From: Oopsacas minuta
Taxonomy: Eukaryota > Animalia > Porifera
Assembly: GCA_024704765.1 (NCBI GenBank)
Contig: JAKMXF010000221.1
Span: 372,001-436,000 of the forward strand
Reading direction: 5' to 3'
DNA: 64,000 nt
Shown here: positions 54,416 to 63,005 of the stretch, one piece after another
Layout of the letters: the number at the start of each line of letters is the position of its first letter
How positions within the stretch are numbered: position 1 is the first letter of the stretch
Notes under the pieces: model-generated
What the model was told of the DNA's origin: nothing
What the model saw: the letters and a program-made list of their open reading frames with translations, nothing else
The model's database searches: none
Position numbers and translations under genes: made by a program

Positions 54416-57400
54416 ATGGATGATTTTTTGACTCTGCTAGACATACACAAGTCTGTACAGATTACATACAAAGATGCTGTTCGTATTAAAACTATAGAAG
54501 CAATGACTACAGCTGAACCTCGTAATTATCCAGAGTTGATGCTACGTAGACTGATGCTAGCTAATATTCGGTGTCGTCACCTTCCTCAAATACAGGATCT
54601 TCCTCGTACTGTAGATGCGTTCTCAGATGATGAAGAATTGGATCAGAAAGGACAGATCCATCCAATGGATGTTCTCTCCTATTTATACCTGACTGCTTAT
54701 CCTCTGTTCAGACAGTCTCTAGCACTACAGCTTAATAAATGTCAGTTCTCTGTCCCACTTGTAATTCCGGACCCTAACACCTCTGTACCCATTTATTATA
54801 TTTTCGCACTCAGTCCTCTCATTAAGAACTATCTCTCCCAAACAGTTCCAACCTCCCTCTCTGTCTCTAGCGAGGTGCTACCTGTCGTAGCTTTCTTTCG
54901 GGTGGGACACTTGGGTTCAACAGGTCACTCTAAGTCCCAACTACTTAACAGAGTATTCCAAGATGGGAACGGCTGCTTCTTCAATAGAAACCTTGCTAGT
55001 AGTGTGAAGAGCAGAGTTCTATTTAACGGAACTATTGAGGCAGCTTGGTATGCACCCAGTGGCGTAGAGACAGAGGACCTATACAGTACCCCTGTTACAT
55101 TCCTCAATCTGAGAGGAGACTCGTTACTGTACCCCTCTCAGAGGTCTCTCCTCTTATCCGTGTCTTCTCTAGTGTTCCTGTTCCTATCAATGAATGACAT
55201 CACTGATAGTGAATTGTCTCAGCTACAAAGTATATACAGCGAGTGTGATAACAGTAAAGTTATTCTAGTTCTTGTTACACAGAACCCTCAGAAAAAAGAT
55301 TTATTCTTGGAATATTTCCCAGACGCATACACATACATGAAGCTTAAAGTTGGCTCTGAGGGACAAAACGTTACTAATCTACAGGATCATATAAAAAAGG
55401 GTCTCAAGGATAAGACCAAAAAGACCTCTCTTAATTCGATACAAGAGGAGGCGGAACAACTTGGAATGATTCTAGACTCCTCTCAGATTCCTCACACTAG
55501 TTTAAAAGCAGTTTACAAACTAACTTCTATACTATACTCAGAATCTGGACCTTCATTACCTTTACAACACACTGGTTGGTATAAATGGTGCGAGGCTCAG
55601 AGAGAGCTCCATACTATGTACTCTGTATCAGAGAATGTTAGTGAGCTCGGTGAGCGTATTAGTGAGACCTGTCGCTTAGCGAGGAGAGAGCAGTATGAGA
55701 TCATTACACAGGGTAACTCTCCTTTTATCCTGGAATTTCTTTCTTATTGCAAACAGTTTTGTAATGAGCTTGATAGCTTCGAATATTTATGGAAGATTCT
55801 AATCACACAACTCAACACTAATAACAGAGTTAATTCAAAGTTCCTTTCAGTTCCTCACGCGGTTTTAAACACGTCTTTACCTTTAGAACTTCTCTCTATT
55901 CAGGCTAATCAATCTGATCGAAAACTTCAATCAGGGGTGACTGTTATCCATAGTGAACATATACTTAGAGAACTAGCTCAGCTGTTTGAAGTATATGATA
56001 ATGCAACAGTTTTGGAGAAGAAGAATTTAGTTGAGATCCTCCCTTACAGTCCCGTCCTCCTTCCTCAGTTAGCAGCTGAGCTGTTACTGAGAGGACATTG
56101 CTGTGAACTCCTAGACGGAGTAGTTAACCATGTGCCTACACGCTGGATTAGACGAGTACTAGAAGCTCTCAAGGTAAAGGTAGGGAGAAATAAGCGTCTA
56201 TTCGTAATAGCAATATTAGGCGTACAAAGTAGTGGGAAGTCAACTCTACTGAACACTATGTTTGGACAACATTTTGCTGTCAGTTCAGCTCGATGCACAC
56301 GAGGTGTATTAATGCAATTAATAGCTGTAACAACACCCAAGGCAGGATTTGATTATATCGTGCTTTTGGATACAGAGGGCCTCTCTAACCCCGAGCAAGA
56401 CTCTAACGATCATGATAACGAGCTAGCTACATTTGTAGTAGGACTATCAGACCTAACTATTGTAAATATTTCAATGGAGAACAATATTGAGGTTAAAAAT
56501 ATTCTACAGATTACTGTACTAGCATTGATTCGTATGCAACTCACTTATTCTAAACCTAAGTGCATATTTGTGCATCAAAATGTGACTGATATAATGGCAT
56601 CTGTCAATCTACAAGACACGAGAGATAATCTTGTTACATGCCTGAATGAAAATACTCGATCAGCTGTTATTCACAAGCATCAGACAGATAAACTCACTAA
56701 TTTTAATGACGTAATAGATTTCGATCCTGCACATGACGTATGGTACTTCCCGGGGTATCTAGAGGGGGCACAATCTATGTCCTGGGTCTCAGAGAACTAT
56801 TCACTACAGGCTGAGAGACTCAGGCATTATATACTTGAGTCTAACCGTGGAAATAGGGATCGGTTTCAAAGTATTGGAGAATGGGCTTTGAAGCTGGAGA
56901 ATATATGGCAATGTGTATTGAAGGAAGATTTTGTGTTTCATTATACAAATGTTAAAGAGATTAATGACCATTTTGAGTTGGACTCTGTCCTGGCTGGTTG
57001 GTCATTTCAGTTCTCTAATGAGATGTCTCAATGGGCCTCAGATGCCATCAATCAGCTGTCAAATTGTAGCAGTCAGGATCTAGGACATGTTTGGAATAAG
57101 ATACAAGGAGAGATACCTATCGTCTGTCAGTCTGTTTTGATAGATAAACAACAGGAAATAATTGAGGAATATTTTGAATCTTCTCAAAAGAAACAAAGTT
57201 TTCTAAAATGGAGAGATTCTACCCTTGACCTGTTCAATAGGTTTCGTACAAAAGAGCAGCATAGGATAGAGACAGACTGTTTTCATTTTCAAACTGCTCA
57301 GCTTAAACTACAAGTAATTAAACAGTACTTTGAGGAAACGAAAAGATTTTTATCGGATAAAGTTAGACAGCTATTTGAACAGATTAAGTCAGAAAATAAA

Positions 57401-59212
57401 TCATTTGAAAGTCCTGAAGTAATTGACAACATATTTGAAAAAGAATGGTCTATATGGATTTCTAAAGTTGCTCCCAATTCATCTGTCAGTTCTCTAACTG
57501 TTAGTGATATTGAGGTTGACATTCAGAACGTAATCCTTACTACACCTTGTCTTCAGTCTATACAGAGAGATCATAAGATGAATCTATTCCAATCCCTCAA
57601 GGATCACACTCTCATATCTGGTATAGAATTTGATTTAGGACAGCACCATTTCTCTGTAAATAACAATATAGATGGTAATATAATACAGATGATACAGAGA
57701 CCTTATACTACGTTCTTCCAGTTGCTGGAGGCACTGAAAGCCTCTACGGGGTTATTCGCGGCTTCTACCCCTCCGGATTCTGAGGATCTGGATTACTCAA
57801 GGGCTAAAAAGTACACCAATACTCTAAATGATAGGTGTCAAGAGTTTGTAAATAATTTACCAACAAATAGCAATTATAACCAGTCATATGTAACTTCTCT
57901 AGTGGAGCTTATTGCTACTGAAACCAAGAAAATAAACTTTGAAGAGAGATCGAGTGCAGAAACCAGCATTGAGTTCTCGAACCTTTTCATCTTAGAATTT
58001 GCGTTCTATCAATGTTGTCGAGCATTTGTACAGTTTGACCAGTTACAGAACTCTTTCTTAGAGAGAACCAACCCTGATACTCAGTTGAAAATACTAAAAG
58101 AAGAATTGAAGTTAATATTCACTTCTCTCTGTGAGGGGATTGAAAAGGAAGACCACTCCTCCTCTCTCCTTGCCTCCCTCCTTATCGAGGGGGTCAAGAA
58201 GGCTCTTGTCGACACCGTACAGCGTGTAGCAGTACTTAAGTTCACACAAGAACCTGAGCACGAGAATATTTACAAGACAAGACAGCTGTTACATTTACAA
58301 GTATTGAAGGATTTAGCGAATAGGAAATCTTTCCATGATTACATACAGTATATACAGCATCCGTTACAATACATGGAGAGTTGGATTAAAGATAATTTGG
58401 TGAATTATTGTACTATGGAGTCTACGATTGAGAGACTTAAGCGAGAAGTATTAGATCCTGCTTTGAGGGAGAAAATTAACATTATCAGTGATTCTGGAGA
58501 ATCAGCTGTCCCTGATAATGATTCTGACCAGTATACAGCTGAACAATGGAATAGTTGGAAGATAGAGTTTCATGCTAGGATATTAACTTGTGTCAGAGAT
58601 ATTGATTTTGATACCTTGTCACGTATTGATACGTATGCTGTCACAAATCTCCCACAATTTTGTCAGTTCCTGACTCATAATCTCTCCAAAGAGGCTAAAG
58701 ACTTCAATTGGAAGGATTGGATTCACTCTCTAATGCTTAGAGGCCTTCCATCTCAATCTCTAGTTGGTAATTTATTGGAGTGTCGTGCCCTTTGTCCTTT
58801 CTGTCGTGAGCCCTGTCAGAGAGGGGGTATCAAGCACCAGCACTATTGCGGGTCATTCCACAGACCTAAAGGCATAGGAGGTTGCTATCACAACTTAATT
58901 AATACTCTCTCAATAGCAGAATGCACTAGTTCAGTGGGTAGTGACAAGAAGTTCTGGTATGGTAATCAAAACTACGCTTATGCTGACTACAGGCAGGTTA
59001 ACGATCTGTTCGCTTCATGGCGTATCTTGCCTGAAGATGCAGTAGAGTCACGATACTGGCAATGGGTGCTGTTTCACTTCCAGCCGCAATTTTGTGCTAA
59101 ATACGGGTATGCTCCTAATCAGCTGGTGACCAGATGGTCTCACCTAACGGAAGAGGATATAGTGGAAGATCTGGAGAGACATTATCAGAACTATTGCTTC
59201 AGAACTATGTAG
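54416..59212 (+). CDS. Very large GTPase, GVIN1/URGCP family, about 1598 aa, intronless
   Basis: HPMD..CQFSVPL, SKSQLLN, LELLDG, G1 GVQSSGKSTLLNTMFG, RCTRG, G3 DTEGL, HDNELATFVVGLSDLT, CPFC..C...H..H..HRP.GIGG, YW.WV..F. Confidence 0.92.
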   Translation: MDDFLTLLDIHKSVQITYKDAVRIKTIEAMTTAEPRNYPELMLRRLMLANIRCRHLPQIQDLPRTVDAFSDDEELDQKGQIHPMDVLSYLYLTAYPLFRQSLALQLNKCQFSVPLVIPDPNTSVPIYYIFALSPLIKNYLSQTVPTSLSVSSEVLPVVAFFRVGHLGSTGHSKSQLLNRVFQDGNGCFFNRNLASSVKSRVLFNGTIEAAWYAPSGVETEDLYSTPVTFLNLRGDSLLYPSQRSLLLSVSSLVFLFLSMNDITDSELSQLQSIYSECDNSKVILVLVTQNPQKKDLFLEYFPDAYTYMKLKVGSEGQNVTNLQDHIKKGLKDKTKKTSLNSIQEEAEQLGMILDSSQIPHTSLKAVYKLTSILYSESGPSLPLQHTGWYKWCEAQRELHTMYSVSENVSELGERISETCRLARREQYEIITQGNSPFILEFLSYCKQFCNELDSFEYLWKILITQLNTNNRVNSKFLSVPHAVLNTSLPLELLSIQANQSDRKLQSGVTVIHSEHILRELAQLFEVYDNATVLEKKNLVEILPYSPVLLPQLAAELLLRGHCCELLDGVVNHVPTRWIRRVLEALKVKVGRNKRLFVIAILGVQSSGKSTLLNTMFGQHFAVSSARCTRGVLMQLIAVTTPKAGFDYIVLLDTEGLSNPEQDSNDHDNELATFVVGLSDLTIVNISMENNIEVKNILQITVLALIRMQLTYSKPKCIFVHQNVTDIMASVNLQDTRDNLVTCLNENTRSAVIHKHQTDKLTNFNDVIDFDPAHDVWYFPGYLEGAQSMSWVSENYSLQAERLRHYILESNRGNRDRFQSIGEWALKLENIWQCVLKEDFVFHYTNVKEINDHFELDSVLAGWSFQFSNEMSQWASDAINQLSNCSSQDLGHVWNKIQGEIPIVCQSVLIDKQQEIIEEYFESSQKKQSFLKWRDSTLDLFNRFRTKEQHRIETDCFHFQTAQLKLQVIKQYFEETKRFLSDKVRQLFEQIKSENKSFESPEVIDNIFEKEWSIWISKVAPNSSVSSLTVSDIEVDIQNVILTTPCLQSIQRDHKMNLFQSLKDHTLISGIEFDLGQHHFSVNNNIDGNIIQMIQRPYTTFFQLLEALKASTGLFAASTPPDSEDLDYSRAKKYTNTLNDRCQEFVNNLPTNSNYNQSYVTSLVELIATETKKINFEERSSAETSIEFSNLFILEFAFYQCCRAFVQFDQLQNSFLERTNPDTQLKILKEELKLIFTSLCEGIEKEDHSSSLLASLLIEGVKKALVDTVQRVAVLKFTQEPEHENIYKTRQLLHLQVLKDLANRKSFHDYIQYIQHPLQYMESWIKDNLVNYCTMESTIERLKREVLDPALREKINIISDSGESAVPDNDSDQYTAEQWNSWKIEFHARILTCVRDIDFDTLSRIDTYAVTNLPQFCQFLTHNLSKEAKDFNWKDWIHSLMLRGLPSQSLVGNLLECRALCPFCREPCQRGGIKHQHYCGSFHRPKGIGGCYHNLINTLSIAECTSSVGSDKKFWYGNQNYAYADYRQVNDLFASWRILPEDAVESRYWQWVLFHFQPQFCAKYGYAPNQLVTRWSHLTEEDIVEDLERHYQNYCFRTM

Positions 59213-59373
59213 AGCATTCCATTTCATTGGGTTTGTTGCTATTTCTAGTAGTAAATATTTATCGAATTGTTTTTGCTCTGTAATTGCTATGTGAATTTTA
59301 CTATTTTTATTTATTTCTATGATTTACTACTAATATATTTACTAAATTTTACACTGTTTTTTAAGCCTTTCAA

Positions 59374-60285
59374 ATGGCTAAGTATTCAGTTAAACATATA
59401 GCTATAGCTCTGAATGTTGTATTGTTTTCAATTTTGTCCTTATTCCTGGCTACCCGTATCTACTTATATTTCTTCCCTGAGCTCAGATCTGGAATTGACT
59501 GTATACCAATTAGTTACCCACCCACCCATCCATATATTACTAGTCCCATTCCTACTGTACATTATGGTAACCTGGGTTGTCCTATAACTCCAAAGATACT
59601 CCCTAAACCAGGCCCAAAAGTAGCACTAGCTAGTTTTCCGGGCTCTGGGAATTCTTGGGTTCGCTACCTCATGGAGCAGGGCTCTGGTTATTATACAGGC
59701 TCTGTGTATATTGACCGTAAGCTACAGAGCTATGGAAATCTAGAATCAGTTTTCAACAGTTCTGTCATTGCTATTAAAACTCACGAGTCACACGGAATAA
59801 TCAACAAATATTTCACAAAAGCTATTGATTACAAGAAATGTATTCTTATTGTCAGAAACCCAAAGCAAACTTTAATTGCAGAAATAAATCGTTTCTTTAC
59901 AAATGATCACACAAAATCTGTACAAACTTCTAAATGGAAAAGTGATAATATTCAGCAGAAATTACTGGAGTTAGCCTATGGATGGAAGTCCTTCATGTTA
60001 TCCTGGCTTGATTACAGTAATCCCCTGTTAGTTGTACAATATGAGAAATTAATGGAGAATTATCAACTGGAATTGCACAGGATTTTACGTTTTTTGGAGT
60101 TGGATATTAATGAGGAAGGAATGCAATGTCTTGAGCATAACAATTCAGGTTATTTTAAAAGGTTTAAACAATCCGAACCTTATTTATCCCCAGAAGTTTT
60201 GCTGTTAATTCAACACGTATATTCAGAAGTGGAGCCTTTGCTTACTAGACATAATGTTACACATTATTCAGGTATTATTAATTAG
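59374..60285 (+). CDS. Golgi-type sulfotransferase, WSCD1/2-like catalytic domain without WSC domains
   Basis: Type II TM; ALASFPGSGNSWVRYL..GYYTGSVY, IKTHE, LIVRNP, YEKL. PAPS-binding motifs resemble WSCD proteins. Confidence 0.85.
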   Translation: MAKYSVKHIAIALNVVLFSILSLFLATRIYLYFFPELRSGIDCIPISYPPTHPYITSPIPTVHYGNLGCPITPKILPKPGPKVALASFPGSGNSWVRYLMEQGSGYYTGSVYIDRKLQSYGNLESVFNSSVIAIKTHESHGIINKYFTKAIDYKKCILIVRNPKQTLIAEINRFFTNDHTKSVQTSKWKSDNIQQKLLELAYGWKSFMLSWLDYSNPLLVVQYEKLMENYQLELHRILRFLELDINEEGMQCLEHNNSGYFKRFKQSEPYLSPEVLLLIQHVYSEVEPLLTRHNVTHYSGIIN

Positions 60286-60602
60286 GAAATATTCAATAAT
60301 TATATTTCTAGATTTCTAAATTTTATCAATCAAATTCTATGTTTACTTTCAACCAACACTTTTTCTCATATGTTTATCATATGATAACTGGAAATTTTGC
60401 TTCCTTAGCTTTCCCACTGTATTTCCTATTACTGGTCTGTGATAATATTGAGATATTGAGTATAAGTATTAGTTTAATGAATATAGTAACAATACATAAC
60501 AATAAGAATAATATGCAGGAAAAATGAACAACAAACTAAATAGGATCTATATCATTAGTCATTACTGATAGCATGCATGTCTCATGAATATACGATTGAG
60601 AA

Positions 60603-62483
60603 TTAATCCACTTCATCTACAGACGTCCCCTGGGCATGGCCATTGGGTACGTCACCAGCTTGATAGAGCTTCATGATTATTGGTTTACAGACATCCTCTA
60701 TCTCCTTTTGTTGGTATTCAATCTCCTCCTTCTTTGCTGACTGGTTGGTGTCTAGCCAATTGAGTGTACTCTTCACAGCGTCCTGTACCTTGTGTATGTC
60801 CTGTTCAGAGAGCTTCTCTTTAGCCTTGGAGTCTTCTACTGTGGTTTTGAGTTGAAAGGAATAACTCTCAAGATCATTCTTTGCTTTTATTCTCTCCCTC
60901 TGTTCATCATCTTCATTTTTGAACAGCTTAGCCTCGTCTACCATTCTCTGGATCTGTTCTTTGGAGAGACGATCTCTATCGTTCTTGATTGTAATATTCT
61001 TCACTTTATTAGTTCCTTTCTCTACAGCACTCACGTTCATAATTCCATCTGAATTCACGTCTAGAGTTACTTCTATTTGGGGTACAGCTCTTGGTGCAGG
61101 AGGGATACCAGTCAGATCGAATCTTCCCAGCAAATTGTTATCTTTCGTCAGAGCTCGTTCCCCCTCGTATACCTGTATAGTCACGGCTGGTTGGTTGTCT
61201 ACGTATGTTGTGAATGTTTTCTCTTGTTTGGTGGGCATGCGTGTGTTACGATCGATTAGATTAGTCATAACTCCTCCAGCTGTCTCTATCCCTAGAGAGA
61301 GAGGGATTACATCTATCAGCAGTACGTCTTGCAGAACTTCGGATTTATCTGCCTTCAGGATAGCGGCCTGTACAGCTGCTCCGTAAGCTACAGCTTCATC
61401 AGGGTTAATACTTCTGTTTAGCTCTTTTCCGTTGAAGAAGTCTTGGAGCAACTTTCGAATCTTTGGAATGCGAGTCGATCCTCCAACGAGCACAACCTCA
61501 TGGATGTCACCCTTTCCTAGTTTAGCGTCTCTGAGGGCCTTCTCGACTGGTTCAAGAGTTCCGCGGAATAGATCCTGGTTCAGTTCTTCAAAGCGAGCCC
61601 TAGAAATCTTACTGTAAAAGTCAATCCCCTCAAATAGTGCTTCTATCTCGATGTTTGCCTGAGCGCTGGTAGACAAAGTACGTTTTGCGGTCTCACAGGC
61701 TGTTCTCAGGCGTCTTAGTGCTCGCTTGCTGCTGCTAAGATCCTTCTTATTTTTGCGTTTGAATTCTTCCACGAAATGCTGTACCATCCGGTTGTCAAAA
61801 TCCTCCCCTCCCAAATGAGTGTCTCCAGCAGTACTCCTAACTTCAAATATTCCATCATCTATGGTCAGAACCGATACATCAAATGTCCCACCGCCTAGGT
61901 CAAATATGAGAACAGATCTTTCTCCCTCCTTCTTGTCAAGTCCGTAGGCTATTGCTGCAGCAGTTGGTTCATTAATTATCCTGATCACATTGAGACCTGA
62001 AATTATTCCTGCATCCTTTGTAGCTTGTCTCTGTGCATCATTGAAGTAAGCTGGTACTGTAATTACAGCATCTGATACTTTTTTCCCCAGATACTCCTCA
62101 GCAGTTTCCTTCATTTTCAGCAGAACCATGCTAGATATCTCCTCGGGATAGAACGACTTAACTTCTCCCTTGTATTCCACCAGGATTTTAGCTCGACCTG
62201 CTTCGTTGATTACTTTGAAAGGCCAGTACTTCATGTCTGATTGGATTACAGGGTCATCGAATTTACGTCCGATGAGACGCTTTGCATCGAATACAGTATT
62301 TGAATGGTTCATTGACACCTGGGCCTTTGCAGCATCTCCTATTAGACGCTCCGTGTCATTGAATGCTACATAGCTTGGGGTAGTGCGATTGCCTTGGTTG
62401 TTCGCGATTATTTCCACTTTTCCGTGTTGGAATATTCCCACACACGAGTATGTAGTTCCTAGATCGATTCCGATTGCTGTCAT
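60603..62483 (-). CDS. HSP70: Cytosolic Hsp70, probably heat-inducible, intronless
   Basis: [37 protein letters not shown]; ends GTSVDEVD; heat-shock elements upstream. Confidence 0.98.
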   Translation of the reverse strand: MTAIGIDLGTTYSCVGIFQHGKVEIIANNQGNRTTPSYVAFNDTERLIGDAAKAQVSMNHSNTVFDAKRLIGRKFDDPVIQSDMKYWPFKVINEAGRAKILVEYKGEVKSFYPEEISSMVLLKMKETAEEYLGKKVSDAVITVPAYFNDAQRQATKDAGIISGLNVIRIINEPTAAAIAYGLDKKEGERSVLIFDLGGGTFDVSVLTIDDGIFEVRSTAGDTHLGGEDFDNRMVQHFVEEFKRKNKKDLSSSKRALRRLRTACETAKRTLSTSAQANIEIEALFEGIDFYSKISRARFEELNQDLFRGTLEPVEKALRDAKLGKGDIHEVVLVGGSTRIPKIRKLLQDFFNGKELNRSINPDEAVAYGAAVQAAILKADKSEVLQDVLLIDVIPLSLGIETAGGVMTNLIDRNTRMPTKQEKTFTTYVDNQPAVTIQVYEGERALTKDNNLLGRFDLTGIPPAPRAVPQIEVTLDVNSDGIMNVSAVEKGTNKVKNITIKNDRDRLSKEQIQRMVDEAKLFKNEDDEQRERIKAKNDLESYSFQLKTTVEDSKAKEKLSEQDIHKVQDAVKSTLNWLDTNQSAKKEEIEYQQKEIEDVCKPIIMKLYQAGDVPNGHAQGTSVDEVD

Positions 62484-62574
62484 CTTGATTAGAGTTTGTA
62501 GATTTGTTTATTTGATTATTCTTTGTTGACTTGTAATTCTTTTTTGGTTTATTTTTCTTAACATCTTTCGATTA

Positions 62575-62580
62575 TTTATA
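62575..62580 (-). promoter_or_regulatory. TATA box for HSP70
   Basis: TATAAA on the minus strand, about 35 bp downstream of the proximal HSE and followed by an A-rich leader. Confidence 0.6.
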
Positions 62581-62613
62581 TTTTTTATGATTTTAAGCTA
62601 GAATAACTCAGAT

Positions 62614-62835
62614 ATTCCAGAACTTTCTAGAAGTCTAATAATTACCTTTTGGGACAGTAATTTTAGTGGCCTAGAATATTCTAGCAACTTTTCACTACTT
62701 ATTAATTCTGTTAATTTTAGAATTCTTCTAGAATATTCCAGAAAGTTCTATTCTATGGAATCTATTATATAGAAAGTAATTCATAGAAAGATGCTAGTCT
62801 ATATGCTAATAGAATGTTCTGGAATATTCTAGAAT
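62614..62835. promoter_or_regulatory. Heat-shock element (nGAAn) array
   Basis: Perfect alternating units: TTCcaGAActTTCtaGAA (62615-62632, 4 units), TTCtaGAAtaTTCcaGAAagTTC (62726-62748, 5 units), GAAtgTTCtgGAAtaTTCtaGAA (62812-62834, 5 units), plus a partial element near 62672. Confidence 0.93.
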
Positions 62836-63005
62836 AGTGGCTTACATTGATTTTTGTACTAGAGTAGAATTGAGTTGCTGTTTGACCAGCTTTGAGGCCT
62901 TGGCTGGCATCTAGGGGGCACAAGTTGTATCTAACCTAGCATTATTGTCTGAACCGAAAATTACATAATTAATTGTAACACATATGATGCATACTTGTAG
63001 ATACT

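Noticed and set aside
54200-54416. TRIM-FN3 spliced to GVIN as one giant fusion (good branch point and CAG right before the GVIN ATG)
   Set aside because: No convincing phase-0 donor before the TRIM stop (only a weak GTGTTG that would truncate FN3); a UTR intron or trans-splice site explains the acceptor more simply.
5156-62373. Numerous 60-155 aa ORFs antisense to or overlapping ALDH4A1, PHGDH, FAM184, GVIN, HSP70 and others
   Set aside because: Expected shadow ORFs of real coding sequence; none has independent domain or splice support.
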